64,000 nucleotides of DNA from Coleofasciculus sp. B1-GNL1-01 (GCA_040220235.1 JAVJTO010000049.1), one strand, 5' to 3'; numbered from the stretch's first letter, positions 38,951 through 48,725 are shown. Notes: a model not told the origin generated them from the sequence alone. A program made the numbers and translations.

Positions 38951-40165
38951 ATGCGAATCTTATTTTTGCATTCCAACTTTCCCGCCCAATTCCGCCACCT
39001 CGCCGTTAGCTTGGCGCAAGACCCGCGTCACCAGGTTGTCTTTGGCACAACCCGCAAAGAAGGTCAACTACCTGGTGTTGCCAAAGCCATCTACGCACCC
39101 TCCCGCCAAGCCCGTCCAGAAACTCATCACTACGTCCGCCCCTTGGAAAATGCAGTGCTCCAAGGGCAAGCGGTTTATCGCCTGTGTGAACAACTCAAAG
39201 CCCAAGGGTTTATCCCCGATGTGGTTTACGGTCATTCCGGTTGGGGTCCAACCTTCTTTATCAAAGACAGTTTCCCGAAGGCGAAACTATTATGCTATTT
39301 CGAGTGGTTTTATCACGCTCATGGTTCAGACGCCGACTTCGATCCAGCAGAACCCCTCAACGCCGACGACGAAGCCCGGATTCGGATCAAAAACGCGCCG
39401 ATTCTGATTGATTTATACAGTTGCGATCGCGGACTCTCCCCCACCCATTGGCAGCAGCAACAGTTCCCCCCAGAGTATCGGGATAAAATTACGGTACACC
39501 ATGATGGGATTGACACCAACTTTTTTCAACCAAAACCAGGACACAAATTAGTCCTACCTCGGTTAAATTTAGACCTATCTCACGTCGAGGAACTTGTCAC
39601 TTATGTCGCCAGAGGGATGGAACCCTATCGCGGCTTTCCTCAGTTGATGGAAACCATTGCCTTACTCCAAGAAAAACGCCCCCATTGTCATGTGGTTATT
39701 GTCGGCGAAAATCGTGTCGCCTATGGGAAATCCCTTCCGGATGGCAAAACCTATAAGGATGTCATGCTGGAAAAATTTCCTCTGGATCTCAACCGCGTAC
39801 ATTTTACCGGCTTACTTCCCTATCCCGATTATCTGCAAGTATTACAAGCTTCTTCCGTTCATATTTATTTAACTCGTCCCTTTGTTTTATCCTGGTCAAT
39901 GTTAGAAGCCTTATCAACAGCCTGTTTAGTGGTGGCGTCGAACACCGCACCTGTGACTGAGGTTATCCAGGATGGGGTAAATGGTCTATTAGCCGACTTC
40001 TTTTCGCCCCAAGCCATAGCTGAACGGGTGGAAGAGGTGCTGAATCATCCTAACGGTATGGCGGCGTTGCGATTTCAAGCGCGAAAAACGATTCTGGAGC
40101 GTTATGATTTATCTCAATTATTGACGCAGCATATCCAGTGGATCGAACAAGCTAATACGTTGTAA
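38951..40165 (+). CDS. GT4 family glycosyltransferase
   Basis: MRILFLHSNFPAQF, GHSGWG, RGMEPYRGF, PFVLSWSMLEA. Confidence 0.93.
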   Translation: MRILFLHSNFPAQFRHLAVSLAQDPRHQVVFGTTRKEGQLPGVAKAIYAPSRQARPETHHYVRPLENAVLQGQAVYRLCEQLKAQGFIPDVVYGHSGWGPTFFIKDSFPKAKLLCYFEWFYHAHGSDADFDPAEPLNADDEARIRIKNAPILIDLYSCDRGLSPTHWQQQQFPPEYRDKITVHHDGIDTNFFQPKPGHKLVLPRLNLDLSHVEELVTYVARGMEPYRGFPQLMETIALLQEKRPHCHVVIVGENRVAYGKSLPDGKTYKDVMLEKFPLDLNRVHFTGLLPYPDYLQVLQASSVHIYLTRPFVLSWSMLEALSTACLVVASNTAPVTEVIQDGVNGLLADFFSPQAIAERVEEVLNHPNGMAALRFQARKTILERYDLSQLLTQHIQWIEQANTL

Positions 40166-40179
40166 ATCAATTACCTTCT

Positions 40180-40416
40180 TTGGTAGATTAGCTTGGGTTC
40201 GTAGTAGGGAACCTTAGCCTAGATTCTGTTGGGTTGAGCGAAGTCGAAACCCAACCTACAACCTATTCCACGATTTTAGCTGTGCCACGCCACTACTGGC
40301 TTGGCGCACCTAATTTAGTGGATTAGCCTTATACCCAGAAAACTTATACAATTAGAGGCTAAAGCCCCTACTACGAACCTAATCTATCCCACGATTTTAG
40401 CTGTGTCAGTCCACTA
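40180..40416. mobile_element. Two tandem MITE-like copies sharing a TA dinucleotide
   Basis: ...TGTGCCACGCCAC-TA-CTGGCTTGGCGCACCTAA... junction at 40294-40295; second copy ends TGTGTCAGTCCACTA at 40416. Confidence 0.6.
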
Positions 40417-40435
40417 CAAGAAGTTTTAATTCGGA

Positions 40436-41152
40436 TTAGCTTAAGGCGTGACGTTGAGCGTCTAATAACTCCTGAATTCCTTTTTCTGCCAAATCAATTA
40501 ACTGATTAAGTTGAGTCCGACTAAAGCTTTCTTCTTCCGCTGTTCCCTGAATTTCAATAATGTTTAATTCGTCGTTCATGACAATATTGAAATCCGTTTG
40601 CGCGGCGACATCTTCTTCGTACTTTAAATCCAAAAACGGCTCACCCGCCAACAGTCCCACCGAAACCGCCGCGATTTGGTGACGGATTGGCGATCGCTCT
40701 AAGTCTCCAGCTTGGACTAATTTATCTAACGCTTCAGCTAGGGCGACGTATCCGCCAGTAATCGAAGCGGTACGAGTTCCTGCATCAGCTTGCAACACAT
40801 CCGCATCCACAAAAACGGTGCGTTCTCCTAAGGCGGTTAAATCGACAGCCGCTCTTAAACTGCGTCCAATCAATCGTTGAATTTCTTGAGTTCGACCCGA
40901 TAGTTTAAGTAATTCCCGGGTTTGGCGTTGGGGTGTGGCGCCGGGAAGCATCCGATACTCGGCGGTTAACCAACCACTACCTGTTCCTTCCAGAAACCGA
41001 GGAATTCCCTCCTGAATGGTGACATTACACAATACTTGGGTATCACCGCACTTGGTCAATACAGAACCCGGTGCAAATTTAGTGAATCCGCGTACAAAAC
41101 TGATGGGACGGAGTTGGTTGGGTTGGCGATGATCAGGACGTTGCCAAGACAT
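40436..41152 (-). CDS. rph: Ribonuclease PH
   Basis: [38 protein letters not shown]. Confidence 0.97.
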   Translation of the reverse strand: MSWQRPDHRQPNQLRPISFVRGFTKFAPGSVLTKCGDTQVLCNVTIQEGIPRFLEGTGSGWLTAEYRMLPGATPQRQTRELLKLSGRTQEIQRLIGRSLRAAVDLTALGERTVFVDADVLQADAGTRTASITGGYVALAEALDKLVQAGDLERSPIRHQIAAVSVGLLAGEPFLDLKYEEDVAAQTDFNIVMNDELNIIEIQGTAEEESFSRTQLNQLIDLAEKGIQELLDAQRHALS

Positions 41153-41193
41153 GGTACTACTTCTTTGTAAGAACGGGGTTGGGTCAAAAAAGG

Positions 41194-41790
41194 TTAATCG
41201 TCCAGTTCAAGTTTATGTAAGATATTCTGCTGAACTTGCTCTGGCGGTTGGTCACCGTTTATCGTTAACAGCTTTTGACGATAGTCATAGTACTCCAGGA
41301 TGGGAACCGTGCGCTCGTGAAATAACTCGATGCGGCGCGGGACAATTTCGGGATGGTCATCCAGACGAGACTTGGTTGATGGGGTGCTATCTTGAGCTTG
41401 GTTTTGGGATCGCGCCACGGAACGAGTCATCATCACTGATTCGGGTACAGTTAAGTAAATTGCCCAATCTAGCTGCTGATTTAAGTCCTCCAGCAGAAAA
41501 TCTAATTCCTCAGCTTGGAACGCGGTACGGGGATATCCCTCTAACACCCACCCTTTCGCCGTGTCAGTTTCCAGCAGGCGTTGACGCATGAATTCGATCA
41601 GGATTTCATCCGGGACTAATTCTCCCTTCTCGACATAAGGCTGCGCCTTTCGACCTAAGTCAGTTTGAGATGCGATCGCGCGACGCAAAATGTTACCACT
41701 GGAAATTTCCACGATCCCCAAATAGCGACACAACTGTCGCGCCTGTGTGCTTTTCCCTGAACCTGGACCTCCCAGAATCACCAGTCTCAC
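41194..41790 (-). CDS. adk: Adenylate kinase family protein
   Basis: [30 protein letters not shown] start with RBS; slightly divergent, may be a second paralog. Confidence 0.85.
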   Translation of the reverse strand: MRLVILGGPGSGKSTQARQLCRYLGIVEISSGNILRRAIASQTDLGRKAQPYVEKGELVPDEILIEFMRQRLLETDTAKGWVLEGYPRTAFQAEELDFLLEDLNQQLDWAIYLTVPESVMMTRSVARSQNQAQDSTPSTKSRLDDHPEIVPRRIELFHERTVPILEYYDYRQKLLTINGDQPPEQVQQNILHKLELDD

Positions 41791-41931
41791 GATAATAGCT
41801 CCTCTGTTCCTAGCCTGGACAAGTCTTTCATGACAAATGTTGCACAAATCCTTTGCATCTGGGCAGGTTTTGACACTACTGACCGTCATTTTGCCACGAA
41901 TCCCCGTGGATGAACATTCTCCAGATTAAGG

Positions 41932-42040
41932 TATCTTCCCCATCTCCCTCATCTCCCTCATCTCCCTCATCTTCCCCATCTCCCTCATCTTCCCCATCTC
42001 CCTCATCTCCCTCATCTTCCCTATCTCCCCCATCTTCCCT
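41932..42040. repeat. 9-bp tandem repeat tract
   Basis: Alternating ATCTCCCTC / ATCTTCCCC units. Confidence 0.9.
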
Positions 42041-42411
42041 TCGGGACTCACTCTTGACGGACTTGTAGATATGGTGTTTGATTAGGGATGCCACTGAAAA
42101 AAATACGCTATATCTTGTTCGCTGCATCGTTGAATTTCTAGTTAGGTTCCTTGAGGTACTTGTGGGTTTTGTGATACAGTTACAATGTAGGCAGGGATCG
42201 GGCAAAAGGGAGGACGTGTTGGATTTGAGTTAAGTTGTAAACGGCTATAATCCCCAGCCCAAAAGGATTCGGTGGAATAGCGGCTTTGGGCGATCGCCAG
42301 ACATAGTGAAAAGCGAATTTTGCCAAAAAGCTAGACAAAGTGACCATGAGACACTGATCAAGGAAGGCTTGAGCAGTGTCCATCAGATTCATTGCTCTTT
42401 AATTGTTGACT

Positions 42412-42948
42412 ATGGTTTCCCAGTTAGAAACTCCTACCCTTAATTCAGCGCATCACCTGACCTACAGCCTAGAAGGGCTGGTGCAAGTCTTTACCAGTTC
42501 CCAGCGCAGCTTTTTTACCAATGTGATTGCTCAAGGCTTGAGAATAGCTGGACAGGGGACACCTGTGCTGGTGGTTCAGTTTCTCAAAGGGGGTATTGGT
42601 CAAGGACACCAGCATCCAATTCGGTTAGGACAGTATTTAGAATGGATTCGCTGTGACTTGCCACGCTATATTGATACCCCAGAATTAGATGAGGCAGAAC
42701 ATAGTTCGCTCAAGCAATTGTGGCATCATACTCAGCAGGTGGTGTATGAGGGGAAATACTCTGTCGTTGTCCTCGATGAATTGAGTTTAGCGATCAACTA
42801 TGGCTTAATCCCCCTCAGTGAAGTATTGAGATTTCTGGAAAGTCGCCCCAGTTCAGTAGATATTATTCTCACAGGACCCGATATGCCCCCAGAACTGTTG
42901 GAGGTGGCTGACCAAATTACAGAAATTCGTCGCAGTCATCAGCCTTAG
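42412..42948 (+). CDS. CobO/BtuR-like P-loop protein (cyanobacterial variant)
   Basis: GLVQVFT, VVQFLKGG, VVLDELSLA, IILTG..ADQITE; Walker A degenerate. Confidence 0.8.
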   Translation: MVSQLETPTLNSAHHLTYSLEGLVQVFTSSQRSFFTNVIAQGLRIAGQGTPVLVVQFLKGGIGQGHQHPIRLGQYLEWIRCDLPRYIDTPELDEAEHSSLKQLWHHTQQVVYEGKYSVVVLDELSLAINYGLIPLSEVLRFLESRPSSVDIILTGPDMPPELLEVADQITEIRRSHQP

Positions 42949-43115
42949 CCGCTATAAGCTGAAGCGGTGACAAGTTACTTGAATAGTAGGCAGGGTGTGG
43001 GGTGTAGGGTGTGGGGTGTAGGGAAAAATTGCACCCCTCTGTTAGTTTGGTACAGGATTGAGTAGAACACTGTACAATGTTAACCTGAACGTGTTTTGTC
43101 GCAAGGTACAGTGAC

Positions 43116-44012
43116 ATGGCAGCGGAAGCGAGAGCGGTTCGTTTCCAGGTTGGAAACATTGAGGTTTCTGGTTATCAGCTAACCTCTGATCAGGATCAGC
43201 GTCTATTGTTCACCCACAGGCAAATCGCCGAAGTCGTGGGTAAAAGCAAGGGGACAGCGCAAAAGTTTTGTAAATCAAACGAAAACAACTTGCCAGAAAC
43301 GGTTAGGACAGTGGTTCCAGACAAACCCAGACCGATCGCGTTATCATCCTGGGATGCCGCCGTAGCATTTTGGCAATATCAAGCGGATGCAGGAAATGAG
43401 ACGGCAAAGGCTTTGGTGGAAGCGGCGAATTCCACATCCTTAGAGACTCTCCAAATTAAAACAGCCAGTGATATCGAGTCAGTTGAGACTCCCTATCCCA
43501 AAGACATCGAAGGTGCGATCGCGGCGTTACCCCAAACCGAGGAATTCCCCCTCGATAATGAACTCCAGCAACTGGATCAGGGGTTACGGTTAATCGCCAA
43601 ATGGTTAGAAGAAGCGGGATTGGATCAACGTGCGATCGCGTCTTGGAAATTGAATGTCATCAGCCAGCGTTTTCCGGCTTTAGCCAGTGCAGCCAACGAA
43701 GCACAGCAGCTTTTAGTCACCCATTCGGTTGAGGAACCATCCGGGATGATCGCCTCCCAAGTCGCTGAGAAGGTGTCACAGCAATTAGGACGAAACGTTA
43801 AAGCGGCTCAAGTCAACGCCGCACTCCATGAATTAGGCATTCAGGAATGGACTAAACCGGGTTCGAGAGAGCGACGACTTACCGAAAAAGGAAAAGCATA
43901 CGGGCGAGCCATGCTAGCCACATCTAAAACGAATGCCTGGAGTGGAGCGCAACTGAGATGGTTTGATAATGTTGTGCCGTTGTTATGTGAATATTTGAAA
44001 CCTTCCCAATAA
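43116..44012 (+). CDS. Phage antirepressor-like DNA-binding protein (KilAC-like C-terminus)
   Basis: N-terminal FTHRQIAEVVG helix; C-terminal ASQVA..AAQVNAALHELG..LTEKGKAYG...LRW. Confidence 0.6.
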   Translation: MAAEARAVRFQVGNIEVSGYQLTSDQDQRLLFTHRQIAEVVGKSKGTAQKFCKSNENNLPETVRTVVPDKPRPIALSSWDAAVAFWQYQADAGNETAKALVEAANSTSLETLQIKTASDIESVETPYPKDIEGAIAALPQTEEFPLDNELQQLDQGLRLIAKWLEEAGLDQRAIASWKLNVISQRFPALASAANEAQQLLVTHSVEEPSGMIASQVAEKVSQQLGRNVKAAQVNAALHELGIQEWTKPGSRERRLTEKGKAYGRAMLATSKTNAWSGAQLRWFDNVVPLLCEYLKPSQ

Positions 44013-44035
44013 AGTATGCCCCAGTTCGACCAGCC

Positions 44036-44515
44036 TTAGCCATAATCTATCGGTAATGAAAGAGGTTGTGTTGGATTCTCGGTACTCCACTGCTCTAGAA
44101 TCTTTTGCAAACGAGCTAAGGCATCTTCATCGCTACTAAACTTAATTTCAGAAATAACAGTGGGGATACCTCTAGGGAATCGTGATATATTTTTATCTTT
44201 TTCGTAAAGTAGAATCAAAGGGATCTTATGGATTTCTGCATAAGCTAATTCCATGCCAACGCCAAAAGAAGGACAACCCAGGTAGGCGATGACTAAATCT
44301 GACGAACTAACTTGGCGCTTGTCTGTCTCAAAAACTTGTCGAGGGCTAACATCAGGGTTATTAATGGGATCGGTTTTAAGATGGGGAACATAGGCTTGAA
44401 ATTCCATCGTTTCACAAAGCGCCCCAATCGATTCATAAAATACCTTGAGTTTTAAAGGATTTTCAACTCCAGTTAATGCACCTGAAATGTAAATTTGTGC
44501 TTTATTTTGATTCAT
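44036..44515 (-). CDS. NDT/DNPH1(Rcl)-like nucleotide N-glycosidase
   Basis: IYISG, VFETD..V..SDLVIA...PSFGVGMELAYA, ISRFPRG. Confidence 0.85.
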   Translation of the reverse strand: MNQNKAQIYISGALTGVENPLKLKVFYESIGALCETMEFQAYVPHLKTDPINNPDVSPRQVFETDKRQVSSSDLVIAYLGCPSFGVGMELAYAEIHKIPLILLYEKDKNISRFPRGIPTVISEIKFSSDEDALARLQKILEQWSTENPTQPLSLPIDYG

Positions 44516-44602
44516 AATTTAATAGATAAAGATGCCTAATTAAATTGTTGAATTCAGGATAATTTATTTCAAATATATATATTTTTTTCTAAAATGAATT
44601 CA

Positions 44603-45340
44603 TTATTTAGCTTTTAATATCTCGACAACAAAAGGACTTATACCACCGATAACAGCCGCTAAAGAAGCCCCGATAACTGGATTAATTAAAGAAGTGAAAA
44701 TACCAATAGCTAAAGCGACAACTGCAAAAGAAGCCATCCAGAATAATCGAGTTTGACGTTCCCTTCTTTCTCTGTCTTTCTCGTATTGTGTTTCTTGCGC
44801 CTGTCGTTGTTTTTCTTGATTAGCCTTCTCTCTAAGCTGCTGCCAGATGTCGTCTCTGTCAGGAGGTCTTCCGACAGAGCCTTTGGCTTGAGATTCTACT
44901 CTGAAAAAGCAAATTGTACACAAAGAATCTCCAAATCTAAGTTCTACAGGACTATCACGATAATTGTGGCAAGAGATTAAGAGTTTGCCAGTCCATCCTG
45001 GATCTACAGTAGTAGAGATGTGAGATAATCCTTGAGAAGTAACTCGTGTAGCCATTGCATGAATAGTTGCTCCTACTTCCCTGGATAAACTAATCGACTC
45101 CAATGTCTCAATCACTACTGTATCCCTAGGTGCAATTTCAATTCGACCGTTTCTTTCAATCTCTACTTCAAGTTTATTATTCCAGGAGAATCCTCTTTGA
45201 CCAACTCGTAAATCATAACCAACAGGTGTCAAATATTTTTTTTCAAAAGGCTCTATTGCAATTCCCGTATCGGGATGTATTTTTTTCGATTCTATTTGTT
45301 TTTCAATATCAACATCGCTTAACACAGTCCTTTCCCTCAA
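44603..45340 (-). CDS. dCTP deaminase/dUTPase-fold protein with C-terminal coiled coil and two TM helices
   Basis: LSDVDI, GYDLRVG, VDPGWTGKL; C-terminal hydrophobic hairpin; alternative GTG start 45325. Confidence 0.8.
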   Translation of the reverse strand: MRERTVLSDVDIEKQIESKKIHPDTGIAIEPFEKKYLTPVGYDLRVGQRGFSWNNKLEVEIERNGRIEIAPRDTVVIETLESISLSREVGATIHAMATRVTSQGLSHISTTVDPGWTGKLLISCHNYRDSPVELRFGDSLCTICFFRVESQAKGSVGRPPDRDDIWQQLREKANQEKQRQAQETQYEKDRERRERQTRLFWMASFAVVALAIGIFTSLINPVIGASLAAVIGGISPFVVEILKAK

Positions 45341-45366
45341 TTATTAAGTTTGGCATGAGATCACAG

Positions 45367-45909
45367 TTATACGCTAGCTCTAGCAACAGACGTCGGATTT
45401 AATAGAAATGATGCTGCTCGTTTTGCTGTTTCCTCAGATAGCTGAATTTTCTTAAGGGTAACTAAACCCTCATTGATAAATGAATCTCTAACTAGAATAC
45501 TGCCTCCACTGTTAAAGGGAGTTTCATAAAAGACTTCATGGATTCCAGCAGAAATGATCAGTTTTAGACAAGAAAGACAAGGTTCTAGGGTGACGTAAAT
45601 ACTGGCATCAGTCGTCGCAATGCCATGTTTAGCGGCTTGTGCCAGCGCATTGGCTTCAGCGTGAACAGCGCGAGATGGCATCTCTTTACTGGCATCACAG
45701 CTACTTAAACCTGGATAACAATATCCTTGTTCTGTACAATGAGCTGATCCGGCGGGTGAGCCATTGTAGCCTGTGGCTAAAACTTGTTTGTTTTTAACAA
45801 TTACCGCACCAACAGGAAAAGCCAAGCACGTTGAGCGAGTAGCGGCAAGTTTTGCCAGCATGAGGAAGTATTCATCCCATGTTGGTCGATCTTGATTCAA
45901 TGGTGTCAT
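45367..45909 (-). CDS. dCMP deaminase (ComEB-like)
   Basis: RPTWDEYF, RSTC, TGYNG, HAEANA, PCLSC. Confidence 0.93.
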   Translation of the reverse strand: MTPLNQDRPTWDEYFLMLAKLAATRSTCLAFPVGAVIVKNKQVLATGYNGSPAGSAHCTEQGYCYPGLSSCDASKEMPSRAVHAEANALAQAAKHGIATTDASIYVTLEPCLSCLKLIISAGIHEVFYETPFNSGGSILVRDSFINEGLVTLKKIQLSEETAKRAASFLLNPTSVARASV

Positions 45910-47402
45910 TTACTATCCTGACTATAGGGCTTATTTGTTTTCAGTGATTCAGCAGCTTTTTGTACCTCCATTCCCAAATAAGCAGCATGGTCTGGTTGAA
46001 TGGCTGGGGACGCTGCACAAATTTCTCTAATCAGCTTTAGGGGATTTTTGCCTGAGTAGCAAGCCACGACTTCGCCACTACCAGGAGTTGTTTGTTTAAC
46101 AACGATTTTGTCGGCTTCAATTTCAATTAAAAAGTTACCTACAGGGTCATAAAAGTCTCGATTTCGACAAATTGCAGGATATTGTTTTCGGATTAACTGA
46201 TCCGCATTTTCCCAGGTGTCATCATAAATATGAGCGCTCTGACTGATAGTAATTAATGGTCCCATGCGTAAGTTATAACTAGAGCGCTGGGCGATTTCGT
46301 CTCGGATATACTGTTGTAGGGCGCGTAGTCCCATGGCATTCGAGGGCCACGCCATATACATATCATTACTGCGGAGAGTCGCGGTCAGTGATAACTCATT
46401 ATCGACAACCCTCGCCCAAAGGTGATTCAGACAAGGACTACCCCCTTGTTCGTGGTCTTTAACATCCCACAGAGACATCACTGCACTCGCCGCATCAATT
46501 TCTCCAATTAATTTGGTAATAATCTGCTCAATTTGGTCTTTGCCAAACCACGAACGGAGACGTTGACCGTAAGTATATTTCACACCTTCTCGATAAGGCG
46601 CATCATCTAAAATTTGGTGAATGTACTCCTGAATAAAAGCGCGATCGCAGGGCAAATAGTTGGGTTCAGGGAAATAGAACCCTGGGGGTTCATCCGTCAC
46701 CACTGCCATTAAATCAATTAATTCTTGCCATTGCCCATCATAGCCCGTGGGTCGAAGGGTTCCCGTTGTTTTAATCCGATGAATAATTTTGACCCAGGTT
46801 TCAGCAATCGTCTTGCCTTCAATCCGATGTCCGTAACGTGATCCAGGTAAGACGGTTGGCACGGCTTCTGTTTGGGGAAATTCTAGCGGCGCACCCCAGG
46901 GTTCAACCCTATCCCTCACCGCATAAGACTTAACCTGACTCACCGCTTCAGCTATTGATTTTACCTCTTGCCACTCCACCGATTGCCGGAGAGTCTCCAA
47001 AGCATTAGCCTCAATTTCAATATCGATATAGCCAGGAATCGCAGACTGAATCACCCAACAGCGACGCCCTGTATCGCTGAACCCTTCAGTAAACCCATTG
47101 CGGAAAAAATCTAATAAGCATATCCCCCCCCCAGCATTTTGGTCTTCCTTCGTGGCGTTGAGAACAACCAAAAAGCGGACATGAGGATTCGCTAATAGAT
47201 TTCGGATCAGCAGGCTGATACCCCGCGTCGGACTGTAGAGTTGACCGATAACAGCAAACTCGTGAGGTTGTAACTGTTTCGCGATCGCACCTTTTACCGT
47301 CCAACCTGTAACCACTGCTGTCTGACCCATACCGTAAATAAGCTGGTTGGGCTTGTGTAGGGGTTTGTACTGGAATTGAGTGATCTGAGCGCTAGCTGTC
47401 AT
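45906..47402 (-). CDS. thyA: Thymidylate synthase (archaeal-type core) fused to MtrA-like N-terminal and DUF4346 C-terminal domains
   Basis: YTYGQRLR, SPCL (catalytic Cys), RSND, WPSN, SAHIY; N-terminal GISLLIRNLLANPHVRFL; C-terminal DPVGNFLI...HAAYLGME. Confidence 0.85.
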   Translation of the reverse strand: MTASAQITQFQYKPLHKPNQLIYGMGQTAVVTGWTVKGAIAKQLQPHEFAVIGQLYSPTRGISLLIRNLLANPHVRFLVVLNATKEDQNAGGGICLLDFFRNGFTEGFSDTGRRCWVIQSAIPGYIDIEIEANALETLRQSVEWQEVKSIAEAVSQVKSYAVRDRVEPWGAPLEFPQTEAVPTVLPGSRYGHRIEGKTIAETWVKIIHRIKTTGTLRPTGYDGQWQELIDLMAVVTDEPPGFYFPEPNYLPCDRAFIQEYIHQILDDAPYREGVKYTYGQRLRSWFGKDQIEQIITKLIGEIDAASAVMSLWDVKDHEQGGSPCLNHLWARVVDNELSLTATLRSNDMYMAWPSNAMGLRALQQYIRDEIAQRSSYNLRMGPLITISQSAHIYDDTWENADQLIRKQYPAICRNRDFYDPVGNFLIEIEADKIVVKQTTPGSGEVVACYSGKNPLKLIREICAASPAIQPDHAAYLGMEVQKAAESLKTNKPYSQDSK

Positions 47403-47453
47403 AGGAGGCTGCGAGTTGAGAAATCTCTAGCCTACAATAGCAAAGAACCGGAG

Positions 47454-48725
47454 TTAAACGGCGGGTAAACGCACCTGAAAACAGCTACCCACCCCAACCT
47501 GACTCGTCACCGTAATTTTCCCGCCATGACGCTGGGCGATCGCAGCAGCAATAGCTAAACCTAACCCTGTCCCCCCCTCGCGGCGAGAACGGGCTTTGTC
47601 CGCCCGCCAGAAGCGATCAAACACAAAGGGTAACTGTTCTCGCTCAATGCCAATTCCGGTATCTTTAACACTAACAATAGCAAAGCGATTAGTTTTCGCT
47701 AAAATCAGCTCTACTTTCCCTTGAGTCGGCGTATATTGAATCGCATTTTCCAGCAGGTTACAAAATAAACGACTCAGTTGTGATTCATCCCCTACCACAG
47801 AAACTGTGGCTAGCCACTGAGACTGGAGTGTAACTTCTTTGTCTTGTGCAAAAGGTTCTAATAACTCCAGCAAGTTCTTTAAAATCTTATTCAGAGAGAT
47901 TGTGCTTTTCTCACGGCTAGGCGTTGATATTTTACTATCGTTTCGCGCTAAAAAAAGCAAGTCTTCTGATAAGTGACTCATCTGATCCGTCGCACTCGCG
48001 ATCGCCGCTAACTTTTTCGCATCTTTAGGATGAATTCGTTCCGGATGATTTCGCATCACATCAACTGATGCTTTAATTGCCATTAAAGGACTGCGTAACT
48101 CATGAGACGCATCCGCCGTAAACTGCTTAAGTTGCTGAAAACTTTGCTCAATTGGCTCCAACGCTTTCTGTGTCAACCACAGTCCGCCTAAACCCACTAA
48201 ACCTAACCCCATAACACCACCCATTCCCAATCCCCACAGCATTTGGCGTTGGACGATTTGGATATCCTCCATCGATTGCGAGGCGCGAATATACCCTTCT
48301 AGAGAGGGCTGATTGGGGGTTGAGCCATCTTTAAACACAGAAATGGTATACGTGCGAACCTGTCTCGGCTTGTGCTTTTCCTCTTGAGTTTGAGAACCGA
48401 CTCGGAGTCGAGAGTCCAACTCTAGAGCGCCTCGACTTGCCAACAGTTGACCCTTGGCATCAAACCATTCTAAGCTTTGCTGATCCCGATTAAAAATATC
48501 GCGCCAGGGAACCGCATCCACTTGATTAAGATATTGACGCCCGTTCATTTTGACAGGCGTAAACGAGGCGGCGGCGGCTTGAGCCAGAGTCAATAGTTTT
48601 TTATCCAGTTGGTAATAAAGATTACGGCTAACAAAGACATAAACTCCCGTGCCAAAGAGACTCAAAATTGCTGCCATTACAGTTAGGTAAGACAACAATA
48701 GACGCCAGCGTAAACCTTGAAACAT
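47454..48725 (-). CDS. Sensor histidine kinase
   Basis: Two TMs, H-box FTADASHELRSP, N box, DTGIG, FDRFWR, GTGLGL. Confidence 0.95.
   Translation of the reverse strand: MFQGLRWRLLLSYLTVMAAILSLFGTGVYVFVSRNLYYQLDKKLLTLAQAAAASFTPVKMNGRQYLNQVDAVPWRDIFNRDQQSLEWFDAKGQLLASRGALELDSRLRVGSQTQEEKHKPRQVRTYTISVFKDGSTPNQPSLEGYIRASQSMEDIQIVQRQMLWGLGMGGVMGLGLVGLGGLWLTQKALEPIEQSFQQLKQFTADASHELRSPLMAIKASVDVMRNHPERIHPKDAKKLAAIASATDQMSHLSEDLLFLARNDSKISTPSREKSTISLNKILKNLLELLEPFAQDKEVTLQSQWLATVSVVGDESQLSRLFCNLLENAIQYTPTQGKVELILAKTNRFAIVSVKDTGIGIEREQLPFVFDRFWRADKARSRREGGTGLGLAIAAAIAQRHGGKITVTSQVGVGSCFQVRLPAV

Noticed and set aside
41876..42392. ORFs 41876-42205 and 42180-42392
   Set aside because: The acidic GDEGDE run is simply the translation of a 9-bp intergenic repeat; there are no recognisable protein features.
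45906..47402. dCMP hydroxymethylase of a phage-type DNA modification system
   Set aside because: The specificity residue is Asn (WPSN), indicating dUMP rather than dCMP, and no phage replication genes are nearby; dUMP hydroxymethylation remains open.
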